This document shows positions 32,614-41,521 of a DNA stretch of 64,000 nucleotides, piece after piece. Origin of the DNA: Patescibacteria group bacterium (GTDB lineage: Bacteria; Patescibacteriota; Patescibacteriia; UBA1558; GWA2-36-10). The notes beneath the pieces were generated by a model, which did no database searches, was not told where the DNA came from, and was given only the letters and a program-made list of their open reading frames with translations. Made by a program: the position numbers and the translations under genes. Position 1 is the first letter of the stretch, and each line of letters starts with the position of its first letter. The stretch lies in assembly GCA_041662585.1 (NCBI GenBank), contig JBAZSG010000002.1:13588-77587 (forward strand). The letters run 5' to 3'.

Positions 32614-34611
32614 TTACCAATCACTTACATCGGGTAAAAATCCATCCGGATCAGCCACATATTCTAAACCATCTTCTTGACTATAGCTAGCACTACGCGC
32701 CATATTATTGTGATTGAATAAATTACTATCAATATCAGCCAAAAATGGAGAAGGCTTGAGTGAGTGGAAACCATCATATCTAACCATAGACATTGGATAA
32801 GTCAAATATAGATAACGCGCTGCACGAGTGGCCGCTACATAAAACAAACGTCTTTCTTCTTCTCTTTCTTCCTCTTTAACACATAGCGGATGAGGAAAAG
32901 ATTGATCAGTCATATTTATAACAAAAACAGCTTCCCACTCTAGGCCTTTGGCTTGATGAACAGTAGATAGTATTATATTATCTTGTTTTTTGTCTGACTC
33001 TCTGCCAGAAAAACTTTCTTGTAAGCTTATTTCCGATAAAAATAAATCCAGAGAGTCGTAGCCAGTCGCAAAGATAGCTAGCTGCTCAAGATCATCTTGA
33101 CGCTGACGATAATCTGTAAATTTTTCTTTAAGATATGAATGATAAAATTCAATAATTATATTTATAAGTTTGCTAACATTGGCAGTTTTGTTTTTGAGTA
33201 AATCATCTATAACCATCAGTATCTGAGACCAAGATTCTCCTGCTTTATCAGTCATGTTGAATCCAGATTCTCTGAGCTTGGACAAATCGCTTGTCTCTAC
33301 TATCTGCTGATATATTCTAAAAGCAGTCACTGGACCAATGCCTTCTTCCATTTGCAATATTCTACGCCAAGCTACTTCATCTCTATAATTACCCAATACT
33401 TTTATATAAGCTAATACATCTTTAATATGAGCTCTTTCAAAAAATCTCAGTCCCCCACGCATTTCATAATTGATGCCTCGACGATTGAGCTCCATTTCCA
33501 AGTTTTGACTATATGAGGCTGCTCGAAAAAGTATAGCAATTTGATCTGCTCTAAGCCCTTTGTCAAAATATTGTTCTATCCTATCAACTATAAAAGTCGC
33601 TTCCTGAGTGGGAGTCATGAGAGCTGCCAGCTCTGGCCTGACATGAGATTCTCTGACTGCTTTTAAATTTTTGGGAAATTGATGAATATTGGCGGCGATG
33701 ATTTGATTGGCTACATCTAGTATCTCTGGAGTAGAGCGATAATTTGTTTCCAGCTTATGAACTTTTGTTTTCTTAAACTTATCTGGAAATTCCAAAATAT
33801 TTCGTATATCAGCTGCCCTGAAAGAATAAATACTTTGTGCATCATCGCCAACAGCTAAAATATTGTTGTGCAATTTGCAAATATTAAAAATAATCTCCGC
33901 TTGAATATTATTGGTATCTTGATATTCATCAACCAAAACATATTCCCATTTGTTTTGTAATATTTTTCCGGCCTCGGGATGCTCACTAAGAACTTTCCAA
34001 AAAACCAATAAGTCATCAAAATCCAAAACATTTGATTCTTTTTTTCGTCTTTTATATTCACTAGCTATTTTCTCAATATTTTCTAGCAAGATTATCCATT
34101 CGGGAAATTTTGTTTCCAAACTACTTGCAATGTTAATACCAGAATTGGTAGCAAAACTAATAGTCTCTCTAATAATTGCTGGCGAAGGACGATGTTTGGC
34201 TGGTAAAGAAGATAAATAATCTTTGGAAATCAATTTTAGTAAATTGTCACTATCATCACTATCAATAATAGTAAAGTCAGATTTGATATCAATGTACTTG
34301 CCATAAAATCTAAGCAATCTATTGGCCAGAGAATGAAAAGTTCCTCCCCATAGTGGCAACTTGGCTTCCAATTTAAAACCCAATAAAGATTTTACTCGCC
34401 CCAACATCTCGCTAGCTGCTTTGTTGGTAAAAGTTAAGAGCAGTATCTTCTCTGGTTTTACTCCTTGATTTAAGAGCCATGCAGCCCGATAAACCAAAGT
34501 GCGAGTTTTGCCACTGCCAGCTCCAGCCAAAACCAAATGAGGTCCTTTACCAGCGGTTACGACCTCATATTGCTCCTGATTTAGTTCATTTTTAAAATCA
34601 ATACTCTTCAT
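32614..34611 (-). CDS. UvrD/PcrA family ATP-dependent DNA helicase
   Basis: LAGAGSGKT, VDEYQDTN, VGDDAQSIY, NYRS, STVHQAKGLEW, EERRLFYVA.TRA. Confidence 0.95.
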   Translation of the reverse strand: MKSIDFKNELNQEQYEVVTAGKGPHLVLAGAGSGKTRTLVYRAAWLLNQGVKPEKILLLTFTNKAASEMLGRVKSLLGFKLEAKLPLWGGTFHSLANRLLRFYGKYIDIKSDFTIIDSDDSDNLLKLISKDYLSSLPAKHRPSPAIIRETISFATNSGINIASSLETKFPEWIILLENIEKIASEYKRRKKESNVLDFDDLLVFWKVLSEHPEAGKILQNKWEYVLVDEYQDTNNIQAEIIFNICKLHNNILAVGDDAQSIYSFRAADIRNILEFPDKFKKTKVHKLETNYRSTPEILDVANQIIAANIHQFPKNLKAVRESHVRPELAALMTPTQEATFIVDRIEQYFDKGLRADQIAILFRAASYSQNLEMELNRRGINYEMRGGLRFFERAHIKDVLAYIKVLGNYRDEVAWRRILQMEEGIGPVTAFRIYQQIVETSDLSKLRESGFNMTDKAGESWSQILMVIDDLLKNKTANVSKLINIIIEFYHSYLKEKFTDYRQRQDDLEQLAIFATGYDSLDLFLSEISLQESFSGRESDKKQDNIILSTVHQAKGLEWEAVFVINMTDQSFPHPLCVKEEEREEERRLFYVAATRAARYLYLTYPMSMVRYDGFHSLKPSPFLADIDSNLFNHNNMARSASYSQEDGLEYVADPDGFLPDVSDW

Positions 34612-34728
34612 AAGTAAAAGTATTATAGCCCAAATAAAAAAATAAATCCAATGCTAAAATATTGCCTTTTTATTGGCTTTATGATTTAATTTGTCTTGTA
34701 TTTATCAATTTAAAAAGCTAAAAAATTT

Positions 34729-35790
34729 ATGTCATTTTCTCTGGGAATTGTCGGTCTACCAAATGTTGGTAAATCAACTCTATTTCAAGCATTAACCAAA
34801 AATAAGGTAGAAGCATCCAACTACCCTTTTTGTACTATTTCCCCAAATGTTGGTGTAGTAGCCGTACCAGATAATAGACTAGACCAGCTGGCTCTGATAT
34901 CAAAATCTGCCAAAATAATTCCCACTACTATAGAATTTGTAGATATTGCCGGACTGGTCAAAGGTGCTTCAGAAGGAGAAGGTTTGGGTAACAAATTTTT
35001 ATCAAACATCAGAGAAGTAGATGCTATAGTCCAAGTCATTAGAAAATTTACTGACAAAAATGTCACGCATGTTCATGGTAATATTGATCCTGAATATGAT
35101 AAAGAGATTATAAATCTAGAACTCATCATGGCAGACCTTGATGTGGTCTCCAAATATTTGACCAAAATAATTTCTAAAATGAAAGGTCCTTATGATAAAA
35201 TTTTGGACCAAGAAAAAGCTATAATGACTAAAGCCAAAGCCCAGCTAGAAGAAAATAAACTGCTCAATACTTTGGAATTAAATGAAGAAGAAGCAAAATT
35301 AATAAAACAACTCAATTTACTGAGCATCAAGCCAATAATATATTTATACAATATTGATGAGGCTGATCTTGGAAAAAATTTGTCTTTACCAGAGGGTTCC
35401 ATTGCTATTTGTGCCAAGACCGAGTCTGAATTAGCTGAATTGTCTGAAGCTGAAGCCAAAGAATATATGCAAGAGCTGGGTATTTCTGTTAGTGGCTTAG
35501 ATAATTTAATTACTACTAGTTACAAATTATTAAAACTAATTACTTTTATTACTACTGGCCCAGAAGAAACTAAGGCTTGGACTGTAACAGAAGGTACCAA
35601 AGCTCCTCAGGCTGCCGGAGTTATTCATACTGACTTTGAGCAAGGTTTTATTCGAGCTGAAGTTATAAATTGGCAACAACTTTTAGATGATGGCGGTTGG
35701 AATGCTGGAAAAGAAGCTGGTCATATGCGCATGGAGGGCAAAGAATACACTATGCAAGACGGTGATACAGTGCACTTTCATTTTAATTAA
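34729..35790 (+). CDS. ychF: Redox-regulated ATPase YchF
   Basis: [41 protein letters not shown] domain. Confidence 0.97.
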   Translation: MSFSLGIVGLPNVGKSTLFQALTKNKVEASNYPFCTISPNVGVVAVPDNRLDQLALISKSAKIIPTTIEFVDIAGLVKGASEGEGLGNKFLSNIREVDAIVQVIRKFTDKNVTHVHGNIDPEYDKEIINLELIMADLDVVSKYLTKIISKMKGPYDKILDQEKAIMTKAKAQLEENKLLNTLELNEEEAKLIKQLNLLSIKPIIYLYNIDEADLGKNLSLPEGSIAICAKTESELAELSEAEAKEYMQELGISVSGLDNLITTSYKLLKLITFITTGPEETKAWTVTEGTKAPQAAGVIHTDFEQGFIRAEVINWQQLLDDGGWNAGKEAGHMRMEGKEYTMQDGDTVHFHFN

Positions 35791-35811
35791 AGCATTTTTT
35801 AATTTCAGATT

Positions 35812-35880
35812 ATTGTGAATGTTTTATGCTAGATGCGACTTTGCGCAGCAACGGAGCAGTCTGCATAAAACATAAACAAA
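35812..35880 (+). repeat. Long hairpin with a 23-nt conserved apical core, copy 2 (3' of ychF)
   Basis: ATGTTTTATGC..GCGACTTTGCGCAGCAACGGAGC..GCATAAAACAT. Confidence 0.8.
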
Positions 35881-35910
35881 AAAATATCTTTAAAAAACTA
35901 ATTATATAAA

Positions 35911-35978
35911 TTTGCTCTTAGTCTAAGCTATCGTTAACGGCCTTCGCCTAATCACTCTTAGCTTAGACTATTCGCAAA
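35911..35978 (-). other. Long imperfect hairpin with GA mismatches
   Basis: TAGTCTAAGCTA/TAGCTTAGACTA 12-bp stem; minus strand has GA internal loops and a GGC GAAG GCC apex. Confidence 0.7.
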
Positions 35979-36003
35979 AAATATACTTTTTGTAATAAAA
36001 ATA

Positions 36004-36214
36004 TGCTATAATATACTTATCGTAGTTCTTTGTTATAAATTCTTTGTAACAAATACTAACACAAGTAAAACGTGCTCAATGAAAAAGCACCTAAAAATAA
36101 ATATAAAATACTTGGCTAATATTTAAAACAAAGATAACAATTAATACAATTGAATATGGACATGGAAGTCTTCTAGAATTCCACCTACATTGGGGCAGGT
36201 GGAATTCTTTTTTT
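36004..36214 (+). other. Candidate small transcript (sRNA or leader): extended -10 promoter, 15-codon ORF, strong terminator
   Basis: TGCTATAAT at 36004; ORF MKKHLKINIKYLANI at 36079-36126; GAATTCCACCT..AGGTGGAATTC followed by a T-run at 36176-36214. Confidence 0.45.
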
Positions 36215-36258
36215 ATTGACAAAAATACTTCTTATGAAATAATATACATATATAATAT

Positions 36259-37719
36259 ATGAACAAAGAAGAAGTTAGAAAACAACGAGATCATATAATT
36301 TCTCAACTTAAACAATATTCTCCACTGTTTAAGCCTTTTTTTGAAATGGATAAAAGTTTGGAAGAATACTCAAAAAATATCTATGATTTTGATAGAAATT
36401 ATAGATATATAGAAAGGCAGAAACAAATCAAAAAACTAATTGAGAATAAATTTAAAAAATTATTTCCTAAAGAATATGATAGCTTAAACATAGATTATAA
36501 TGATCAGTGGGCTTGTAATATAGTAGACCATCACCAAATTCTAAACAATCCTCTTATAATATCTAGCAATATTATAACTAGCATTGATAAATTTCTAAAA
36601 GATGAAAAACAAAAAGCAATAATAACCATATCTAGTGGTGATGTACCACCTAATAATTACTTTAGTCGTAACGGTTTTGAAGTAGCTGGTAAAAGAGTGC
36701 CTATATTTACTAATAAAGAAAAAGAATACAATTCTAATCTACTACCTAAGCGTGATTTTGATTTCCTAAAAAATCTGAAACTAGCTAAACGCCTAAATGA
36801 ATTTAACAAAGAAGAATTAAAATTCTTAGAAGAAGAAGTGAAGTGGATCCAAGGCCTAGACTATTCTGGTTGTGATAACTACAACGATCAAATATCAGTA
36901 CTTGTAAAAAATCAATGGCCAAGAATGTACGAAGAGAAAATAAGATCTACTTTACCTGATTTACTATACATAACCCAAGAAAATATAACTACCCTATCAC
37001 TTCTAGAAATATTAGATCAAGATAATCTAGTAACTTATACCTTATTTAACAAAGCTTTCAGAGAAAAAGTTATTAAAACATTTAGAGGTATTGTCGTTAC
37101 TTGGGATGAAAGCTTACCTAAAGGGACACACTTCTTCTGGAGGAAACATCCAGATGGCTTTAAATCTTTAAGGCTTTATTTAGAAGGTGATAAATTAGTA
37201 CCAGAAGATAGTCGTTACAAGAATTTAACCTTTACACTAGATCAAAAAACTGTAAGGGAACTCTTGGAAAAAGGAGAAATATACCCAAGTCTATTTACAA
37301 TATTTATGGTAGTTAATTTCTATTATGGTATCAAACCTTTAGTTGGACAAGGATCACTTACTTATTTAAATTTAATAAGACAAAAATGGCTCAACGTCTT
37401 AGAAGAGTCTGATTACGCTAGTGAATTAGATAATATAAAATCATATAAGATAGATAAACTAATAACTGGTATTATAATATTTTTTGAAAAGCATAACAGT
37501 GGTGTAAAAACACTCTGGGCTTATGATATTATAAAACAAGGTGGGATAAAAGAAGAATACCTAAAAAAATTATTTGATATGCCTTTTAAAAATTTGCTAA
37601 CAACAGCTGTAGTTGGTATCTATGATTATATTGGCCCTAAATACGTACCAGAGAAAGAAAGAATTATACCTACTGTTACATCGGATGAATTAGCTAATTT
37701 AATATTTAACTGGTTATGA
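36259..37719 (+). CDS. Hypothetical protein (486 aa, DHH-containing motif)
   Basis: Long ORF in a low-GC islet; NIVDHHQILNNP, SSGDVPPNN, GTHFFW. No family recognised. Confidence 0.8.
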   Translation: MNKEEVRKQRDHIISQLKQYSPLFKPFFEMDKSLEEYSKNIYDFDRNYRYIERQKQIKKLIENKFKKLFPKEYDSLNIDYNDQWACNIVDHHQILNNPLIISSNIITSIDKFLKDEKQKAIITISSGDVPPNNYFSRNGFEVAGKRVPIFTNKEKEYNSNLLPKRDFDFLKNLKLAKRLNEFNKEELKFLEEEVKWIQGLDYSGCDNYNDQISVLVKNQWPRMYEEKIRSTLPDLLYITQENITTLSLLEILDQDNLVTYTLFNKAFREKVIKTFRGIVVTWDESLPKGTHFFWRKHPDGFKSLRLYLEGDKLVPEDSRYKNLTFTLDQKTVRELLEKGEIYPSLFTIFMVVNFYYGIKPLVGQGSLTYLNLIRQKWLNVLEESDYASELDNIKSYKIDKLITGIIIFFEKHNSGVKTLWAYDIIKQGGIKEEYLKKLFDMPFKNLLTTAVVGIYDYIGPKYVPEKERIIPTVTSDELANLIFNWL

Positions 37720-38798
37720 TAAATAAAATAAAAAAAATAACTTGGCTAGCTGTTTTTTCCAGAGCAGGCTTTCCTTATTTTATAGTAGACTTAGCTATCA
37801 ATGCTTACGTTTTAGATATGAAAAAACGTCTATCTTGGGGATATAGAGACCAATTAATGCTTATACGAAAAAATTTAATTACTTCCTACTATTCTAAAAG
37901 AGATGAGGATAGTTTTAAAGAGTGGTTAAAGAAACAGAATGAAAAAAAGCTAGAAAAAATAAATAATATAATCTTAAAACAATTAAAAGAATCTAAAAAT
38001 TATATTGCTAAGACCAATAAATTATTAAAAAATGAGAATAGTTTAATAACATCTTTAGATTATATATACAAAGCCTACTATAATCTTTATGCAATCTATC
38101 GTTTCCCTACTATCTTAGATACAAATAATAAAAATCTAGTATCAAATGAACTAATAAAAAAATTTGCTTCTACTAAAGATAAGTGTGGATTCTTTTTTGG
38201 AGAAAGTGATTCTAGTACCCTAAAAGAATTTAATAAGCTAGCTTCAAAAAAACTAAAATTAGCCTCCTACTCTGCTTTGGATATGAGCTATAAAGAATTA
38301 CGTGAATCTTTATTAAAAAACAAAGTAAGCGTTTCCAAAAAAATATTAGAGCAGAGACTAAATAAATTTATTTTTGCTGTTAGCGATAAAAAAAGTAAGG
38401 TATATTACGGTAAACAGGTAGATAGTTTAATTAAAACTTTAGAGAAGCAAGACAATATTAAAAGTACTTCCTTAAAAGGTCAAATAGCCTACCCAGGAAA
38501 AATAAAAGCTAAGGTATTAATTGCTAAATCAGTAGATGATTTAAAAAATTATAAATTTAAAACAAAAATAATCTTAGTAGCTCCTATGACTACTACTTAT
38601 TTTATACCTTATATAAAAAATGTATCTGCTATTATAACCGATGAAGGGGGAATTACTTGTCATGCTGCTATACTAGCCAGAGAATTTAAAAAACCATGCC
38701 TAATAGGTACAAGATATGCTACTAAAATATTTAAAAACGGCGATCTGGTAGAAGTAGATACCGACAAAGGAATAGTAAAAATATTAGAAAAATTATAA
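37716..38798 (+). CDS. PEP-utilising enzyme mobile (phospho-His swivel) domain protein
   Basis: C-terminal LKGQIAYPG..ILVAPMT..IITDEGGITCHAAILARE..KPC; ATGA overlap with the upstream gene. Confidence 0.88.
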   Translation: MINKIKKITWLAVFSRAGFPYFIVDLAINAYVLDMKKRLSWGYRDQLMLIRKNLITSYYSKRDEDSFKEWLKKQNEKKLEKINNIILKQLKESKNYIAKTNKLLKNENSLITSLDYIYKAYYNLYAIYRFPTILDTNNKNLVSNELIKKFASTKDKCGFFFGESDSSTLKEFNKLASKKLKLASYSALDMSYKELRESLLKNKVSVSKKILEQRLNKFIFAVSDKKSKVYYGKQVDSLIKTLEKQDNIKSTSLKGQIAYPGKIKAKVLIAKSVDDLKNYKFKTKIILVAPMTTTYFIPYIKNVSAIITDEGGITCHAAILAREFKKPCLIGTRYATKIFKNGDLVEVDTDKGIVKILEKL

Positions 38799-38829
38799 TC
38801 TATCTTTGCGCCACATATTAATGTAACGC

Positions 38830-38897
38830 ATCCCGCCTTTGGCGGGATCAAGAATTCGTAACTACTTAGACTTCGTCTTCGTAGACGAATTCTTGAT
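38830..38897 (-). repeat. REP-like hairpin plus long GA-mismatch hairpin overlapping the queA 3' end
   Basis: ATCCCGCC TTT GGCGGGAT; minus strand ATCAAGAATTCGT CTAC GA AGAC GAA GTCT AA GTAG TT ACGAATTCTTGAT. Confidence 0.7.
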
Positions 38898-39914
38898 AAA
38901 CATGGCGTCACCAAAAGAAAAAAATCTATATTTTAACTTGATAGCTTTTTTATAAGCCTTTAAAATAAATTCTCTGCCAGCCAGAGCTGAGACCATAAAG
39001 AGCAGGGAGCTTTTTGGTAAGTGAAAATTGGTAATCAAATCATCGACAAACTTGTATTTATAACCTGGATAAATATAAATATCCACCCATTTAGAACCTG
39101 CCTTTAATTTACCAGATTTATCACTAAAAGCTTCTAGTGTTCTAGCACTGGTAGTGCCAATTGCTATTATATTTTTACCCTGCTTTTTTAGTTTATTTAA
39201 ATTATTAGCCGTACGCTTACTGATACTAGCCCACTCATGATGAATCTGATGTTTTGAAATGTCTTCTACTTCTACTGGCGCAAAAGTGCCCAGTCCAACA
39301 TGAAGTGTCACTTTAAATACTTTGATTTTTTTCTTTGCTAATTTATCTAAAATAGTTTTTGTAAAATGAAGGCCGGCTGTTGGCGCCGCTGCAGATCCAG
39401 ATGACTTGGCATAAACTGTTTGGTAATCTTTCTTAATACTTTTACTATCTTTAGTTTTAATATATGGAGGCAGTGGCGTATGACCAATGGCTTCTATAAT
39501 ATTTTCTAATTTCTTATTAGCTAAATTAAATTTTATTTGCTTGATTTTACCATCTATATTATCAATTATTTTGGCCTCTAATTTTTTACCAAAATATATT
39601 GTATCGCCTATTTTAATATTTCTTCCTCCGATCATAGCCAAGTAATATCCTCTGGCTTGCTGCTCAATTAATAATAGCTCTACTTTGCCTCCAGTTTTTT
39701 TGTGTCCATAGAGCCTAGCTGGAAAAACTTTGCTTTCATTGACTACCAAAACATCATTGGCCGTAAGATAGTCTGGTAAATCATAAAAATGTTTATGAGT
39801 TATTTTTTGTTTACTGCTATCCAATAGCAAAAGCCGCGAATGGTCTCGCGGTTTTATTTGCTTTTGAGCTATCAGCTCATGAGGTAAATGATAATCAAAA
39901 AGATTAATTTTCAT
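38862..39914 (-). CDS. queA: S-adenosylmethionine:tRNA ribosyltransferase-isomerase
   Basis: FDYHLP.ELIAQ, PLPPYI, YQTVYA, AAPTAGLHF, TNFHLP, SFGDAM. Confidence 0.97.
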   Translation of the reverse strand: MKINLFDYHLPHELIAQKQIKPRDHSRLLLLDSSKQKITHKHFYDLPDYLTANDVLVVNESKVFPARLYGHKKTGGKVELLLIEQQARGYYLAMIGGRNIKIGDTIYFGKKLEAKIIDNIDGKIKQIKFNLANKKLENIIEAIGHTPLPPYIKTKDSKSIKKDYQTVYAKSSGSAAAPTAGLHFTKTILDKLAKKKIKVFKVTLHVGLGTFAPVEVEDISKHQIHHEWASISKRTANNLNKLKKQGKNIIAIGTTSARTLEAFSDKSGKLKAGSKWVDIYIYPGYKYKFVDDLITNFHLPKSSLLFMVSALAGREFILKAYKKAIKLKYRFFSFGDAMFIKNSSTKTKSK

Positions 39915-40473
39915 GTTGTCTAATTTTTTTTCTATCGCTAGCTATTTTAGAATAAATACAACCACAATAATCTTGTCTATAAAACCCTTCATCTTTGCTC
40001 ATCTGAGCCGCTATCTTAAAACCATCATTTTTCTTCCAATCAGCTTCTAAAAATTTGCTATCGTGCAATCTAGCTAGCTTGTTGGCTACCATATTAATTT
40101 GACTAGCATCTTTGTGTGGAGATATACTCATGACAGTTGTCCAAAAGTCATAACCTTCTGCTTTGGCCTTTTTAGCTGTTTCGTTTAAACGAATATCAAA
40201 ACAGACTTCACACCTCTTGCCTTTTTCTAGTTCATTTTCTAGACCTCGGGTTTTGTCTATCCAATTGACACTATCATATTCGCCTTCCATAAAATCAACA
40301 CCAATTTTTTTAGCATAAGCCTTCATTTCATCACGACGCTTTATATATTCAAGACGAGGATGAATATTTGGATCATAAAAAAATATACTTAGCTCATAAT
40401 CTTTGGCTAATTTTCTCAATACATATATTGAGCAAGGTGCACAACATGAATGTAAAAGTAATCTAGGTTGCAT
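39904..40473 (-). CDS. queH: Epoxyqueuosine reductase QueH
   Basis: LLLHSCCAPCS, PNIHP..EY..R, RC..CF..RL, YRQDYCGC. Confidence 0.93.
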   Translation of the reverse strand: MQPRLLLHSCCAPCSIYVLRKLAKDYELSIFFYDPNIHPRLEYIKRRDEMKAYAKKIGVDFMEGEYDSVNWIDKTRGLENELEKGKRCEVCFDIRLNETAKKAKAEGYDFWTTVMSISPHKDASQINMVANKLARLHDSKFLEADWKKNDGFKIAAQMSKDEGFYRQDYCGCIYSKIASDRKKIRQHEN

Positions 40474-40476
40474 AGA

Positions 40477-41496
40477 TTAAAATAATTTATTTTTATTATT
40501 TTTATTTTCTATGCCTAAGTATTCATAAGTTTTATCCGTGGCAATCCTGCCAGAAGAGGTGCGAGAAAGCAAGCCTAGTTGCATAAGGTAGGGTTCAAAT
40601 ATCTCTTCAATAGTACCAGCTTCTTCTTGGACAGATGCGGCCATAGTACTAAGACCTACTGGACCACCACCAAAATTGGCTATCAAAACAGTCAAAAGTT
40701 TTCTATCAAGATCATCTAGCCCATATTTATCAATAGCCATCATATCCAGAGCCAGTTTCGTCAAATCATAAGAAATATTGCCATCGCCTTTAACCTGAGA
40801 ATAATCTCTAACCCTCTTTAGTATACGATTGGCAATACGCGGAGTAGCTCGACTTCGACTAGCTATTTCAAGAGTCGCTTGATCATCAATCTTGATAGCC
40901 AGTATCGCTGCTGCTCGTTTTACAATTTGAGCTAGCTCTTCGTTATTATAAAAATTCAATCTAAAAGTAACACCAAATCTATCTCGAAGTGGAGAGGATA
41001 TAAGATTGTACCTGGTAGTAGCTCCAATCAAAGTAAATTTTGGCAAATCCAAACGGAGTATTTGAGCTGATGGTCCTTTGCCAAGTATTATATCCAAGGC
41101 AAAATCTTCCATAGCTGGATACAGTATCTCTTCTATAGTTTTATTGAGTCTATGGATTTCATCAATAAACAAAATGTCTCCGTCTTGCAAATTGGTAATA
41201 ATAGCCGCCAAATCTCCAGCTTTGGAAATAGCTGGACCAGAAGTGACTTTTACTCCCACGCCCATTTCTTTGGCTATGATATGAGCCAAAGTGGTTTTGC
41301 CCAAACCCGGTGGACCATAAAGTAGTGTATGGTCAATTGGCTCTTGTCTACTTTTGGCAGCTTGTATCACAATATTCAGATTGGCCTTTACTTGTTCTTG
41401 ACCTACATAGTCTTCTAATTTTTGTGGACGCAAAGTAAGATCCCAAGTGCGATCTGTATTTTGCTCTTTGGCTGAAGTCAGTCTATCACTATCCAT
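40477..41496 (-). CDS. ruvB: Holliday junction branch migration helicase RuvB
   Basis: [27 protein letters not shown]; start taken at MDSDR. Confidence 0.97.
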   Translation of the reverse strand: MDSDRLTSAKEQNTDRTWDLTLRPQKLEDYVGQEQVKANLNIVIQAAKSRQEPIDHTLLYGPPGLGKTTLAHIIAKEMGVGVKVTSGPAISKAGDLAAIITNLQDGDILFIDEIHRLNKTIEEILYPAMEDFALDIILGKGPSAQILRLDLPKFTLIGATTRYNLISSPLRDRFGVTFRLNFYNNEELAQIVKRAAAILAIKIDDQATLEIASRSRATPRIANRILKRVRDYSQVKGDGNISYDLTKLALDMMAIDKYGLDDLDRKLLTVLIANFGGGPVGLSTMAASVQEEAGTIEEIFEPYLMQLGLLSRTSSGRIATDKTYEYLGIENKNNKNKLF

Positions 41497-41521
41497 ATTG
41501 TTTATATGTAATCCCCAAAAT

